Position numbers and translations under genes: made by a program. Source: Patescibacteria group bacterium (lineage in GTDB: Bacteria; Patescibacteriota; Minisyncoccia; Phycocordibacterales; UBA9973). Taken from it: 49,600 nucleotides of DNA. The stretch spans positions 118,954 through 168,553 of the forward strand of contig JAZKIP010000004.1 in assembly GCA_040384805.1 (NCBI GenBank). Direction: 5' to 3'. Below, one piece after another: positions 36,319 to 45,416 of the stretch. The stretch's first letter is position 1, and every line of letters starts with the position of its first letter. Below the pieces are notes generated by a model. That model ran no database searches and was not told where the DNA came from. It saw only the letters and a list, made by a program, of their open reading frames with translations.

Positions 36319-36960
36319 ATGGAATCAATTTCATTCAAAGATCATAAGAAAATCCTTATCTGTCTCACGCTTTACATCACATCACTCTTTGCGGCCAATA
36401 CGCTTGGCATCAAGTTGATGCCGTTTCTTTTCGGAACTCATTTATCCGTCGGTGTGTTCTGTTTTCCGATCGTTTTCATTATGACCGATGTCATCGGTGA
36501 GATTTACGGCAAAAAAATGGCCAAACAATTTGTTCTCGCGGGTGTTATAAGCATACTCCTGTTTCTTCTTTATTCATTCGTATCGGCTGTTGTTCCCTGG
36601 GCCCGAGAAGGTCTCTGGGCGCGTGACGGATGGAATCAGATCTTCGGATTAAGTGCCCGGATATCCATCGCGTCTCTTGTCGCATTTGCCGTTGCCGAGT
36701 ATCAGGATGTCATTTCGTTCTTTTTCTTCAGGAAATATACCGGCAAGAAGCATTTCTGGCTTCGTTCCAATCTTTCCAATATCTGGTCCCAGCTTCTCGA
36801 CACCGTCCTCTTTATGATCATCGCGTTCCTCGGCATCTATCCTTTCCATACCATTCTTCTCCTCATTATTCCATGGTGGCTATTTAAAGTCGTAATGGGA
36901 TTCTGCTATACTCCGCTTTCATATCTTGCCATTGCTATTCTCCGACCCAAAGAAAAATAA
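36319..36960 (+). CDS. yhhQ: Queuosine precursor transporter family (YhhQ/Vut_1/DUF165)
   Basis: FPIVFIMTDVIGEIYG, RISIASLVAF and WLRSNLSNIWSQLLDT. Start at 36319 or 36301. Confidence 0.85.
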   Translation: MESISFKDHKKILICLTLYITSLFAANTLGIKLMPFLFGTHLSVGVFCFPIVFIMTDVIGEIYGKKMAKQFVLAGVISILLFLLYSFVSAVVPWAREGLWARDGWNQIFGLSARISIASLVAFAVAEYQDVISFFFFRKYTGKKHFWLRSNLSNIWSQLLDTVLFMIIAFLGIYPFHTILLLIIPWWLFKVVMGFCYTPLSYLAIAILRPKEK

Positions 36961-36961
36961 T

Positions 36962-37678
36962 ATGAATATAAAAGCATTTCGTACAAAGATTTTTCGTGAA
37001 AAGGATAATCTCATTTCTTTTATCACATCAAAAATAAAAAAGATTCCTGAGAATTCTATTCTTGTCGTTACGTCAAAAATAGTCGCTTTGTCCGAGGGAC
37101 GTGTTGTCCTTGCTTCCAATGAAAAGAGCCGCGAACGAATCATTCGTTCCGAAAGCCAGTTTGCCATGAAGACCAAATACACATGGCTCACCATTAAGGA
37201 CGGGATGGTATTGGCCTCTGCCGGAGTCGACGAATCAAACGCCGACGGCAAGATCATCCTTCTGCCAAAAGACAGTTTTAGAACGGCATTGCGCCTGCGT
37301 ACCATTCTTAAAAAACACTATAAGGTGAGGAATCTCGGCATAATCATCTCTGACAGCCGTCTCTTGCCCTTACGAGCTGGTGTTGTCGGCATTGCCCTCG
37401 GATACGCGGGGTTTAAGGGCATACGCACGTATGTCGGAACTCCCGATCTCTTCGGGCGTCCTTTGACTATGTCCCGAACCGATAGTGCCGACAGTTTAGC
37501 CACGGCTGCGGTCATGGTCATGGGGGAGGGAGCCGAAAGACAACCACTCGCTCTTGTCACAGGCGCCCCGGTTGAATTTAAGGATAGGATAAATAAAAAG
37601 GAACTTGCCATAGATATAAAGGAAGATCTCTATCAGCCTTTGTTCGAGAAGATAAAGAAGATAAAATACAAAAAGTAA
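36962..37678 (+). CDS. CofE-family gamma-glutamyl ligase (F420-0:glutamate ligase-like)
   Basis: VVTSKIVALSEG, SAGVDESN, IISDS, DLFGRPL, ADSLA and MGEGAERQP. Confidence 0.88.
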   Translation: MNIKAFRTKIFREKDNLISFITSKIKKIPENSILVVTSKIVALSEGRVVLASNEKSRERIIRSESQFAMKTKYTWLTIKDGMVLASAGVDESNADGKIILLPKDSFRTALRLRTILKKHYKVRNLGIIISDSRLLPLRAGVVGIALGYAGFKGIRTYVGTPDLFGRPLTMSRTDSADSLATAAVMVMGEGAERQPLALVTGAPVEFKDRINKKELAIDIKEDLYQPLFEKIKKIKYKK

Positions 37679-37680
37679 AT

Positions 37681-37798
37681 CCCGTTAGAAGCCGCGATCA
37701 TAGTGGTTAAGAAATATAAAAATGAGATCTTATTGCGCAAAATTTACTTTTATAAATTATCAGAAAAGCGAGATGATCGCGATCTGCTTCTAAGCGGG
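37681..37798. mobile_element. 118-bp non-coding MITE-like member of the CCCGTTAGA family
   Basis: CCCGTTAGAAGC-CGCGATCAT ... ATGATCGCG-atct-GCTTCTAA(g)CGGG, with AT on both sides. Confidence 0.7.
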
Positions 37799-38803
37799 AT
37801 GAGAAAGAAAAATTCCATTCCGATACTAGGGAAAATGCTGGAGAAAATTGCGCCAAAGATCGGCGCGAAAGTTATTATCGAACCCGAATGGGGAATTGTT
37901 TCTCAGATCATATTCAAGAACGGCAGGAAACGGTACTCACGTTACAACAGCGTCGATCTTAATTCGCTCGGCGCGTCGGAGATCGCGACTGATAAGGACT
38001 ATGCGAATTTCTTTATGAAGAAAATGGAGTATCCGACGATCGAGGGCAGGAGTTTTTTCTCAGATGCCTGGGCGAAAGTTATACGATCCAATCGGACAAT
38101 CGATAAGGGGTATATCTATGCCCGAAAACTTGGATTTCCGGTTGTTGTAAAGCCGAACAGCGGAAGCCAGGGAACGAGTGTAAGCCTTGTGAATACTAAG
38201 ACAGGGTTTTACCGCGCCATGCGTGCAGTATTCAAGAGTGACAGAGTTGCTCTTGTGCAAAAATATATTGCAGGGAAGGATTACCGAATCGTTGTTTTAG
38301 ATAAAAAAATAATATCCGCATATGAGCGGGTACCTCTTTCGATTACAGGCGATGGCCGGTCAAGCATCGCACGTTTGCTTGAGAAAAAGAAAAGGGATTT
38401 TGGGAAGATCAATCGTGATATTAAAATTGAAATTGTTGATATCCGTATCAAAGAAAAATTAAAGCGGCAAGGGCTGACAATACAGTCGATTATTCCAAAA
38501 GGAGAGAAAATATATCTCCTCGATAATGCCAATCTCTCAACAGGAGGAGATTCTCTCGATGTTACCGATACTATCCATCCTGGATTCAAAAAGATCGCTA
38601 TTGCACTCACCAAAGATATGGGTCTGCGTCTTTGCGGCGTCGATCTTATGATCGAAGGGGATATAACAGAGATACCGAAAAGATATTGGATTATCGAGAT
38701 CAATGCCGCTCCCGGTCTTGATCACTATATAACGACAGGCAAAGCCCAGCAAAAAATCGTCGAGGACCTTTATCTTGAAGTTCTTAAAAGTATGGAAAAA
38801 TAG
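37799..38803 (+). CDS. ATP-grasp ligase similar to the ATP-grasp domains of CphA/GshF
   Basis: FPVVVKPNSGSQG, KDYRIVV, ITGDG, NLSTGG, CGVDL and IEINAAPG. Confidence 0.85.
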   Translation: MRKKNSIPILGKMLEKIAPKIGAKVIIEPEWGIVSQIIFKNGRKRYSRYNSVDLNSLGASEIATDKDYANFFMKKMEYPTIEGRSFFSDAWAKVIRSNRTIDKGYIYARKLGFPVVVKPNSGSQGTSVSLVNTKTGFYRAMRAVFKSDRVALVQKYIAGKDYRIVVLDKKIISAYERVPLSITGDGRSSIARLLEKKKRDFGKINRDIKIEIVDIRIKEKLKRQGLTIQSIIPKGEKIYLLDNANLSTGGDSLDVTDTIHPGFKKIAIALTKDMGLRLCGVDLMIEGDITEIPKRYWIIEINAAPGLDHYITTGKAQQKIVEDLYLEVLKSMEK

Positions 38804-38820
38804 TATTTATATCTTTTTCA

Positions 38821-38927
38821 TACAAGGCAAGACCTTGTACTATTTGTACTAAAATAAACCCCTACATTTCTTTTTCTATTTTAGGCTTTATTTAACAGGC
38901 TGTTTTCATACAAGGTCTTGCCTTGTA
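38821..38927. repeat. REPIN: inverted pair of 19-bp REP palindromes
   Basis: TACAAGGCAAGACCTTGTA at 38821-39 and its reverse complement at 38909-27. Confidence 0.85.
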
Positions 38928-38979
38928 TGGAGTTCTTATTTTTATAATATTTTTATCAATGACTCTCTAAAATGGATGT

Positions 38980-39630
38980 ATGTCATTGAGAAATACCCCA
39001 TTTGTCGCTGATGAATATTATCATCTATATAATCGAGGTAATAGTAAGCAAAAAATCTTTCATGATAAGCAGGATTATAAAAGGTTTTTATTACTTCTCC
39101 ATCTTGTTAATACAAAAGAGAAGATAGTCTCACGACTGATAAAAGAAAAACCATTTTCTAGACATAATACAATGTGTCTAGTTGGTATTGGCGCTTATTG
39201 CCTTATGCCTAATCATTTTCATCTTATTGTTAAAGAGTGCGGAGAAGGGGGTATCAGTAAATTTATGCAGAAGCTTACGACCGCGTATGCTATGTATTAC
39301 AATCAAAAATATAAGCGATCAGGCTCTTTATTTGAGGGTAAATTCAAATCACAGCATACAGAAAGTGACAAATATCTTAAATATCTTTTTTCTTATATTC
39401 ATTTAAATCCCTTGAAGTTGATTGATAAAGATTGGAGAAATAAAAGAACGAAAGATAAAAAATGGTTCCTTGATTTTTTACGCACTTATCATTATTCAAG
39501 TTACCGAGATTATATTTTTATTGTTCGACCCGAGAATATTATTCTTAATAAGGAAATTTTTCCTGCCTATTTTCCTAATGAAGAATTATTTGAGAAAGAG
39601 GTCTTTGAATGGCTCTCCTATGGAGAATAG
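38980..39630 (+). CDS. REP-associated tyrosine transposase (RAYT, Y1/HUH family)
   Basis: YYHLYNRG, YCLMPNHFH, GSLFEGKFK, YIHLNP and YSSY; flanked by REPs. Confidence 0.92.
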   Translation: MSLRNTPFVADEYYHLYNRGNSKQKIFHDKQDYKRFLLLLHLVNTKEKIVSRLIKEKPFSRHNTMCLVGIGAYCLMPNHFHLIVKECGEGGISKFMQKLTTAYAMYYNQKYKRSGSLFEGKFKSQHTESDKYLKYLFSYIHLNPLKLIDKDWRNKRTKDKKWFLDFLRTYHYSSYRDYIFIVRPENIILNKEIFPAYFPNEELFEKEVFEWLSYGE

Positions 39631-39728
39631 TACAAGGCAAGACCTTGTACTAATAGCTTGGTATATATGGATATGTTGATGAGAGAAAAACTTACAGAAT
39701 AAATTTCTGTACAAGGTCTTGCCTTGTA
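39631..39728. repeat. REPIN: second inverted REP pair
   Basis: TACAAGGCAAGACCTTGTA at 39631-49 and its reverse complement at 39710-28. Confidence 0.85.
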
Positions 39729-39731
39729 GAG

Positions 39732-39780
39732 CGAATAGCAAAAAGCTGCTAAGTATTTCTTAGCAGCTTTTTGCTATTCG
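39732..39780. terminator. Long-stem bidirectional terminator at the efp 3' end
   Basis: cgaatagcaaaaagctgctaag-tattt-cttagcagctttttgctattcg. Confidence 0.75.
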
Positions 39781-40352
39781 GATACACGTTCGACATATTC
39801 GCCGGTTTCGGTATTGATGCGGATCTTGTCGCCGGTCTCGAGGAAGAAGGGGACTGTCATGTTGATGCCGTTTTCAAGAGTGGCGACTTTTCCTCCGCCG
39901 TTTGCAGTATTGCCCTTGATTGAAGGAGGAGCCTCCTTGATGACGAAGTCCATCTTAACAGGAACCTTGATGCTGATGATCTTCTCATCACCGTCATCAT
40001 CCCAGACGAGAGCAGAGACGTTTTCATTTACTTTCAGGTATTTCGCAGCGTCGCCGATAATTTTCTCAGAAAGCTGGAACCGGTTCTTGGGATCTTCGGG
40101 ATCGGAGAACCAGTACTCTCCTTTATTGGCATAGAGGAACTTTACGTCGCGCTTCGCGATCTCGGCTTCATCGGCCTTGTCGGAAGCATGGAAAACGGTG
40201 TTCCACGTACGGCCCGAAATCAGGCTTTTGAGTTTGACCTGGTTCTGGGGCTTTCTCTGCTGGGTGCGGGCGACATGGGCCTCCATCACTTCGCATGGTT
40301 CGTCTTCATAAATGATTATTTTCTTTTCGCGGATTTCGCTGTACTCTAACAT
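39774..40352 (-). CDS. efp: Elongation factor P
   Basis: PSIKGNTA, KVATLENG and VPFFLETGDKIRINTETGEYVER. Confidence 0.95.
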   Translation of the reverse strand: MLEYSEIREKKIIIYEDEPCEVMEAHVARTQQRKPQNQVKLKSLISGRTWNTVFHASDKADEAEIAKRDVKFLYANKGEYWFSDPEDPKNRFQLSEKIIGDAAKYLKVNENVSALVWDDDGDEKIISIKVPVKMDFVIKEAPPSIKGNTANGGGKVATLENGINMTVPFFLETGDKIRINTETGEYVERVSE

Positions 40353-40607
40353 AGATATATATGAGATTAATAAGTAATTCTTATTCAGACAATGAAAAAT
40401 GGTATGTCTTGCCCCGTAGGAAATTTTGCACGCATTCGGAGCGTAATTTTCCTTCGGGGTCGCTGTATTCGAGCATGAAGGTATTCTAGCTTATTGTATA
40501 AGCTTTTTCAAGTTCTTGACAATGCATCTCCGGTTATATAGATTAGCAAGAGAATTCTTGATGTTTCTAATCAAAAATCGATCTTTTAAATTTTTAAACC
40601 TCGTTTT

Positions 40608-41147
40608 ATGAGAAAATCTCTTTTTGTTGCGATGATATGCTTTGCTGGTATTTTGATCACAAATCTTTCTTACGCTCAGAATGAATTTCCCACAAGGAAA
40701 GCATTTACCCTAACTATTGTGGTATCTAAAGATACCCTTTATGAAGATAACGTACCGAAAACCCCTTACCTTGTGAACACTTCGGAGGACAAGAATATTT
40801 TGCAACTTTACCCGGGAGAGAGCATCTATCTTGAAGTCCAGGAAATTCAAAATGATAGCATCAAGAAGATGTCTGTTGTCAAAGAAAATCTAAACCCGGC
40901 GAAAACGATACAAGTAACCTTCTTACAAGCGATCGAAAAAGGAGAACATCGATCAATGATCCTCAAAATTTCAAATCCTTTTCCCAAAAAAGTGGGCTTT
41001 AACGCTTTAATTCTTCCTTTGAGAATGGGAAAGTGGGAGGAAACAAGTGTAAATATGGTAGGACCAAAACAGATGGATTTTGAAACAACATGGGATGAAA
41101 TTATCGTTTCTATCGGGCTTGAAGATTGGATTTTCAAGGATGAATGA
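40608..41147 (+). CDS. Secreted hypothetical protein
   Basis: Signal peptide MRKSLFVAMICFAGILITNLSYA|Q; own promoter TTGACA-17-TAGATT at 40516-44. Confidence 0.75.
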   Translation: MRKSLFVAMICFAGILITNLSYAQNEFPTRKAFTLTIVVSKDTLYEDNVPKTPYLVNTSEDKNILQLYPGESIYLEVQEIQNDSIKKMSVVKENLNPAKTIQVTFLQAIEKGEHRSMILKISNPFPKKVGFNALILPLRMGKWEETSVNMVGPKQMDFETTWDEIIVSIGLEDWIFKDE

Positions 41148-41301
41148 AGCTGAGACAAAAACCACAAAATGCGTCGCCCCAAACGATGCATTTTTATTAT
41201 GTGAATAAGCTCTCTTAAGAGGATTGACACTTTACTTAAAAAGTTCATAATAATTTTAATTCTCTAAACTTTCGCTATTTTTTAACCTACAACTAGTTAT
41301 C

Positions 41302-41691
41302 ATGAAGACAAAAACAGCCCTCTTGGTCCTGTTGTCGCTTGCAGGATGGCAGATATTCTTTTTCAGAGATGGGAATATCGTTAGTTTCATCCTGGAAAAC
41401 ACAGTAAGCTGGGCATTGCCCGCGATATGCGCAAGTTTTATTGCCCTCGGCGGTCTGTACACCCATTGGAGCGTTATGTACGGGAGCATTCCGCATAACC
41501 CGCTTGTAAGGGGCCTCACTGCTATTGTAGTGACCGGACCTTATGCAATAGCTTTTAAGAGCTGGGGTGTAGATGTAACGCTTAGTCTTATCATTTCCGC
41601 GCTCATCACAGTCCTTGTTCTCTGTATTGAACTGCTTGTTGTCTGGTTCCTGGGTTGGAACCTATCTTCTTCGTCGGAACCCGAATCCTGA
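41302..41691 (+). CDS. Small multi-pass membrane orphan protein
   Basis: 129 aa with 3-4 hydrophobic segments; own promoter TTGACA-16-CATAAT at 41224-51. Confidence 0.6.
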   Translation: MKTKTALLVLLSLAGWQIFFFRDGNIVSFILENTVSWALPAICASFIALGGLYTHWSVMYGSIPHNPLVRGLTAIVVTGPYAIAFKSWGVDVTLSLIISALITVLVLCIELLVVWFLGWNLSSSSEPES

Positions 41692-41704
41692 GCAAGGCAG
41701 AACT

Positions 41705-41741
41705 AAAAAGGAGCATATCCTTGACAGATATGCTCCTTTTT
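41705..41741. terminator. Bidirectional terminator at the recA 3' end
   Basis: aaaaaggagcatatc...gatatgctccttttt. Confidence 0.8.
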
Positions 41742-42812
41742 CTATTCCCCTGAGCTTGCAACCTGTATTTCACCAAAGCGTGATTTGACCTCTTTGAGGA
41801 TTTCTTCGGCAAGCTTCTTGTTGTCGCGCAGATATGTGCGTGCCGCATCATATCCGCGGCCGAGCTTTACTTCCTCGACAGGGCCTTTCTCCCGGGCCTT
41901 TGAAGTCCCGAGATACGAGAATACCGCGCCGCTTGATTTTGAGATGATGCCGAGCTTCTCGCCGAGAGCCATGAGCTCTCCTTCGCGCGAAATGCCTTCG
42001 CCATAGAGAATATCGAATTCAGTCTGCTTGAACGGAGCGGCGACTTTATTCTTGACCACTTTGACGCGGGTACGGGAACCGACGACTTCTTCGCCTTTCT
42101 TGATCTGGGCGATGCGGCGAATATCGAGTCGGACCGATGTGTAGAATTTGAGAGCCTTTCCGCCCGGAGTGGTTTCCGGATTTCCGAACATGATGCCGAT
42201 CTGCATGCGGATCTGGTTGATGAATATGACGACAGTGTTTGATCGGGCAACGAGCGCGGTGAGCTTTCGAAGCGCCTGCGACATGAGTCGTGCCTGCTTG
42301 CCGACATGGGACTGCCCCATATCGCCCTCGATTTCATCTTTCGGAGTTAATGCTGCGACAGAGTCGATAACGACGACATCAATCTTCCCTGAACGAATCA
42401 GGCTTTCGGTGATTTCCAGGCCCTGTTCTCCGGTATCGGGCTGCGAGATGAGAAGGTCGTTGATTTTCACTCCAAGCTTTGCCGCATAATCCGGATCCAT
42501 GGCATGTTCCGCGTCGATATAGGCGCAGATGCCGCCTTTCTTCTGAGCTTCGGCAACGATGTGAAGGGCAAGCGTCGTCTTGCCCGAGGATTCCGGTCCG
42601 AAGATTTCCATGATGCGACCGCGTGGAACGCCGCCGACGCCAAGTGCCATATCAAGGCCGATTGATCCCGTTGAGATGGTATCGATATTGACCTTCGGCG
42701 TATCGCCGAGTTTCATGATTGCCCCTTCGCCGAATTTTGTTTGGATCGATTTAATTGTATCTTCGATCGCTCCTCCTGTTTCTTTGGGAGCTTTCTTTGC
42801 TTTTTTCTGCAT
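41742..42812 (-). CDS. recA: Recombinase RecA
   Basis: [26 protein letters not shown] and [13 protein letters not shown]. Confidence 0.99.
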   Translation of the reverse strand: MQKKAKKAPKETGGAIEDTIKSIQTKFGEGAIMKLGDTPKVNIDTISTGSIGLDMALGVGGVPRGRIMEIFGPESSGKTTLALHIVAEAQKKGGICAYIDAEHAMDPDYAAKLGVKINDLLISQPDTGEQGLEITESLIRSGKIDVVVIDSVAALTPKDEIEGDMGQSHVGKQARLMSQALRKLTALVARSNTVVIFINQIRMQIGIMFGNPETTPGGKALKFYTSVRLDIRRIAQIKKGEEVVGSRTRVKVVKNKVAAPFKQTEFDILYGEGISREGELMALGEKLGIISKSSGAVFSYLGTSKAREKGPVEEVKLGRGYDAARTYLRDNKKLAEEILKEVKSRFGEIQVASSGE

Positions 42813-42820
42813 ATATTTTT

Positions 42821-43219
42821 TTAGTTAGTATTTATAATTCCAACGCCTGCTGCGATTGCGCCGGCTGATTCGCGGTATATGACCTCAAATTTCTTTTCCG
42901 CTGTCTTGCCAAATTTGTCCTGAGCCTCAAGCGTGACAACTCCGAATCCCGGCAGAAGAGCAACGGGCTCAATGAAGACGCCATCCTTGTCTATGAATAT
43001 CTCCCGGCCATTGAGGCTCACATAGACTGCGTTCTTGGCGTTGCCTGTTATATGAATAACAGGGGAGGTGTCCGTGCGGCTGATCTCTGCTTTTATCTTT
43101 ACCCCATTGAGAAGGAAACTCATCTTTTCATAGGCGAATGTTCCGATAGCGCCGAACAATACGAGGCATGCTGCGATCCCGATCCACCATTTTATACTTT
43201 TGTTTTTTACATTCCGCAT
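42821..43219 (-). CDS. Membrane-anchored Ig-like beta-sandwich protein
   Basis: N-terminal TM; [28 protein letters not shown]. Confidence 0.7.
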   Translation of the reverse strand: MRNVKNKSIKWWIGIAACLVLFGAIGTFAYEKMSFLLNGVKIKAEISRTDTSPVIHITGNAKNAVYVSLNGREIFIDKDGVFIEPVALLPGFGVVTLEAQDKFGKTAEKKFEVIYRESAGAIAAGVGIINTN

Positions 43220-43238
43220 TTTGTATACTCTTTCTATT

Positions 43239-45416
43239 TTATTCTATATTTGCCGTATGGTCCATGGCCTTTTCAAGAACGTCCCGGGGTTTTGCACCAT
43301 TGCCGGGACCGACGACACCGCGCTCTTCAAGCATGTCGATGAGGCGGGCGGCTCTGGCATATCCGACGCCCAACTTGCGCTGCAGATATGAAGTCGAGGC
43401 TTTGCCGGTTTCAATGACTGTTAAGCGGGCGTCTTCATACAAATCATCATCTCCGTCATCACCTCCCACGCTATCACTGAATAAATTATTGCCTTTTTCT
43501 ATTGATCCGGATAATTCGATCGTATCGGGAATTTCGTCAATGTAGGCCCGCTTTAGATATTCTACCACTTTTTTGACTTCATCTTCGGAGATAAAGGCAC
43601 TCTGCAGACGCTCTGGCTGGGACATCTCTCCTGAGGCATAGAGCATGTCTCCGGCACCTAAAAGCTTCTCAGCACCTCCAGCATCAAGAATCGTGCGTGA
43701 ATCTATCTGGGAAGACACTTGGAGCGCCACGCGGGTCGGGACATTGGCCTTAATAAGGCCGGTAATGACATTGACTGAGGGGCGCTGAGTGGAAAGGATC
43801 AGATGGATGCCGACGGCTCTCGACATTTGGGCCAAGCGTACGATAGCGCTCTCAAGCTCTCTGGGATACGCTTGCATGATATCGGCAAGCTCGTCGATCA
43901 TAATGACAATGTACGGCATGCGCTCAACTTCATCGCTTTTCTTGGCCTTGGCGTAGACCGTCTGATGATATGATTCGATGTCGCGGACCGATTCGGCCTG
44001 AAGAACATCATAACGGCGATCCATTTCCTTTGCCGCCCATTTCAGAGCCAGGATCGTTTTCTTCGGATCGGTGATGACAGGGGTCAAGAGGTGGGGGATC
44101 TTGTTATAGAGAGTGAGCTCGACGCGTTTCGGGTCAACCATGATCAGGCGCAGGTCTTCCGGCCCGTTCCTGTACAGCAAAGAGGTGATGATCGAGTGGA
44201 TGGTAACGGATTTTCCCGAACCGGTTGTTCCTGCAATGAGAGCATGCGGCATCTTGGCAAGATTGCCGAATACGGCCTTGCCTGAGAGTCCGCGTCCGAG
44301 AGCGACCGTCAGAGGCTTCGGCGAATTTTGGAATTTATCATCCGACAAAAGAGTTGCAAGACCTACGGTCGATTTGACCTTGTTGGGGATCTCAATACCG
44401 ACGAGAGACTTGCCGGGGATAGGCGCCTCGATGCGGATCGGATGAGCGGCAAGGGCAAGGGCCAGATCGTTCTGGAGGCCGACAATGCGCGAGAGCTTCA
44501 CTCCCTGAGCGGGCTTCAAAGCGTAGCGGGTGACAGTCGGGCCGATGGTGACTTCATCCATTTCAACCGAAATGCCGAAATTCAAAAGAGTCCGTTGGAT
44601 GATATTCATATTGCCTTTGAGATCTCCGACATTTGGCTTGCCCTTATCTTTCTCAAGAAGTGAAAGGGGAGGGGGAACATAGGACGTCTTCCATTTCTTT
44701 TTCGGAGACAGAATCTCCTCTTCTTCGGTTTCCGGCGTGGTCTTGTATGCCATATCATCTGTGGTTGTCGGAAGAGGCGTTTCTCCCTTTTCTTGAGCTA
44801 TATCTTCTTCCATTTCCTCCGGAATGTCATCGACATATTTTTTCTCTCTGGCAGGGAACTTAATATCTTTTCGGAGGAAACTCCATATTTTCTGCCAAAA
44901 GGAGGCAAGATTCGGACGTTCGTCACCAAGAACGATAAGAGAAATAATAAGAAGCGCTCCGAGAAGAAGAATGCTTACATACATGCCGAAAAGTTTTATG
45001 AACGGCCATGCGACAATGCTCCCCAGATATCCCCCGAAGGTGATATTTTCCGAAACGCCTGATCCGTTGCTTGCGATGTCCATGATGCCGAGAGCCGTTA
45101 TGATGATGGCTGCTCCGCAGATCGCATGAAGACGGGCAACGTGAGGTCTCCCTTTGCGCATGAAAGATATGCCGACAGCCCCGAGGATGATGGGCAGGAG
45201 ATAGTAGCCGAATCCGAAGAACGAGTTGAACATGCGATAGAAATATACTCCCGCGATTCCTGCAAGATCAAAAAGCGAGAGGATGATGAAGACCGCCACA
45301 ACGAGAATGCCGATGCCCCACACGCTGTGCCGTGTTTCTTCTTTCAGTTCAATTTTTCTCTTCTCTTTGCCTTTTTTCTTTCCTCGCGCTGGTTCGTCGA
45401 TATCTTTTTTAGCCAT
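43239..45416 (-). CDS. ftsK: DNA translocase FtsK/SpoIIIE
   Basis: N-terminal TM domain, GTTGSGKS, IDELAD, STQRPS and gamma domain STSYLQRKLGVGYARAAR. Confidence 0.98.
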   Translation of the reverse strand: MAKKDIDEPARGKKKGKEKRKIELKEETRHSVWGIGILVVAVFIILSLFDLAGIAGVYFYRMFNSFFGFGYYLLPIILGAVGISFMRKGRPHVARLHAICGAAIIITALGIMDIASNGSGVSENITFGGYLGSIVAWPFIKLFGMYVSILLLGALLIISLIVLGDERPNLASFWQKIWSFLRKDIKFPAREKKYVDDIPEEMEEDIAQEKGETPLPTTTDDMAYKTTPETEEEEILSPKKKWKTSYVPPPLSLLEKDKGKPNVGDLKGNMNIIQRTLLNFGISVEMDEVTIGPTVTRYALKPAQGVKLSRIVGLQNDLALALAAHPIRIEAPIPGKSLVGIEIPNKVKSTVGLATLLSDDKFQNSPKPLTVALGRGLSGKAVFGNLAKMPHALIAGTTGSGKSVTIHSIITSLLYRNGPEDLRLIMVDPKRVELTLYNKIPHLLTPVITDPKKTILALKWAAKEMDRRYDVLQAESVRDIESYHQTVYAKAKKSDEVERMPYIVIMIDELADIMQAYPRELESAIVRLAQMSRAVGIHLILSTQRPSVNVITGLIKANVPTRVALQVSSQIDSRTILDAGGAEKLLGAGDMLYASGEMSQPERLQSAFISEDEVKKVVEYLKRAYIDEIPDTIELSGSIEKGNNLFSDSVGGDDGDDDLYEDARLTVIETGKASTSYLQRKLGVGYARAARLIDMLEERGVVGPGNGAKPRDVLEKAMDHTANIE

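Noticed and set aside
37703-37798. 32-aa N-terminal extension of the ATP-grasp ORF
   Set aside because: It lies inside the MITE-like element; ATG 37799 is the more plausible start.
38821-39728. Four 19-bp palindromic repeats as a CRISPR array
   Set aside because: They alternate in orientation, spacing is irregular, they flank a RAYT and no cas genes are present.
41865-41915. Short insertion in the RecA C-terminal domain ([12 protein letters not shown]) as an intein or palindromic element
   Set aside because: Too short for an intein and not palindromic (only a GGGCCTTT direct repeat); probably a variable loop.
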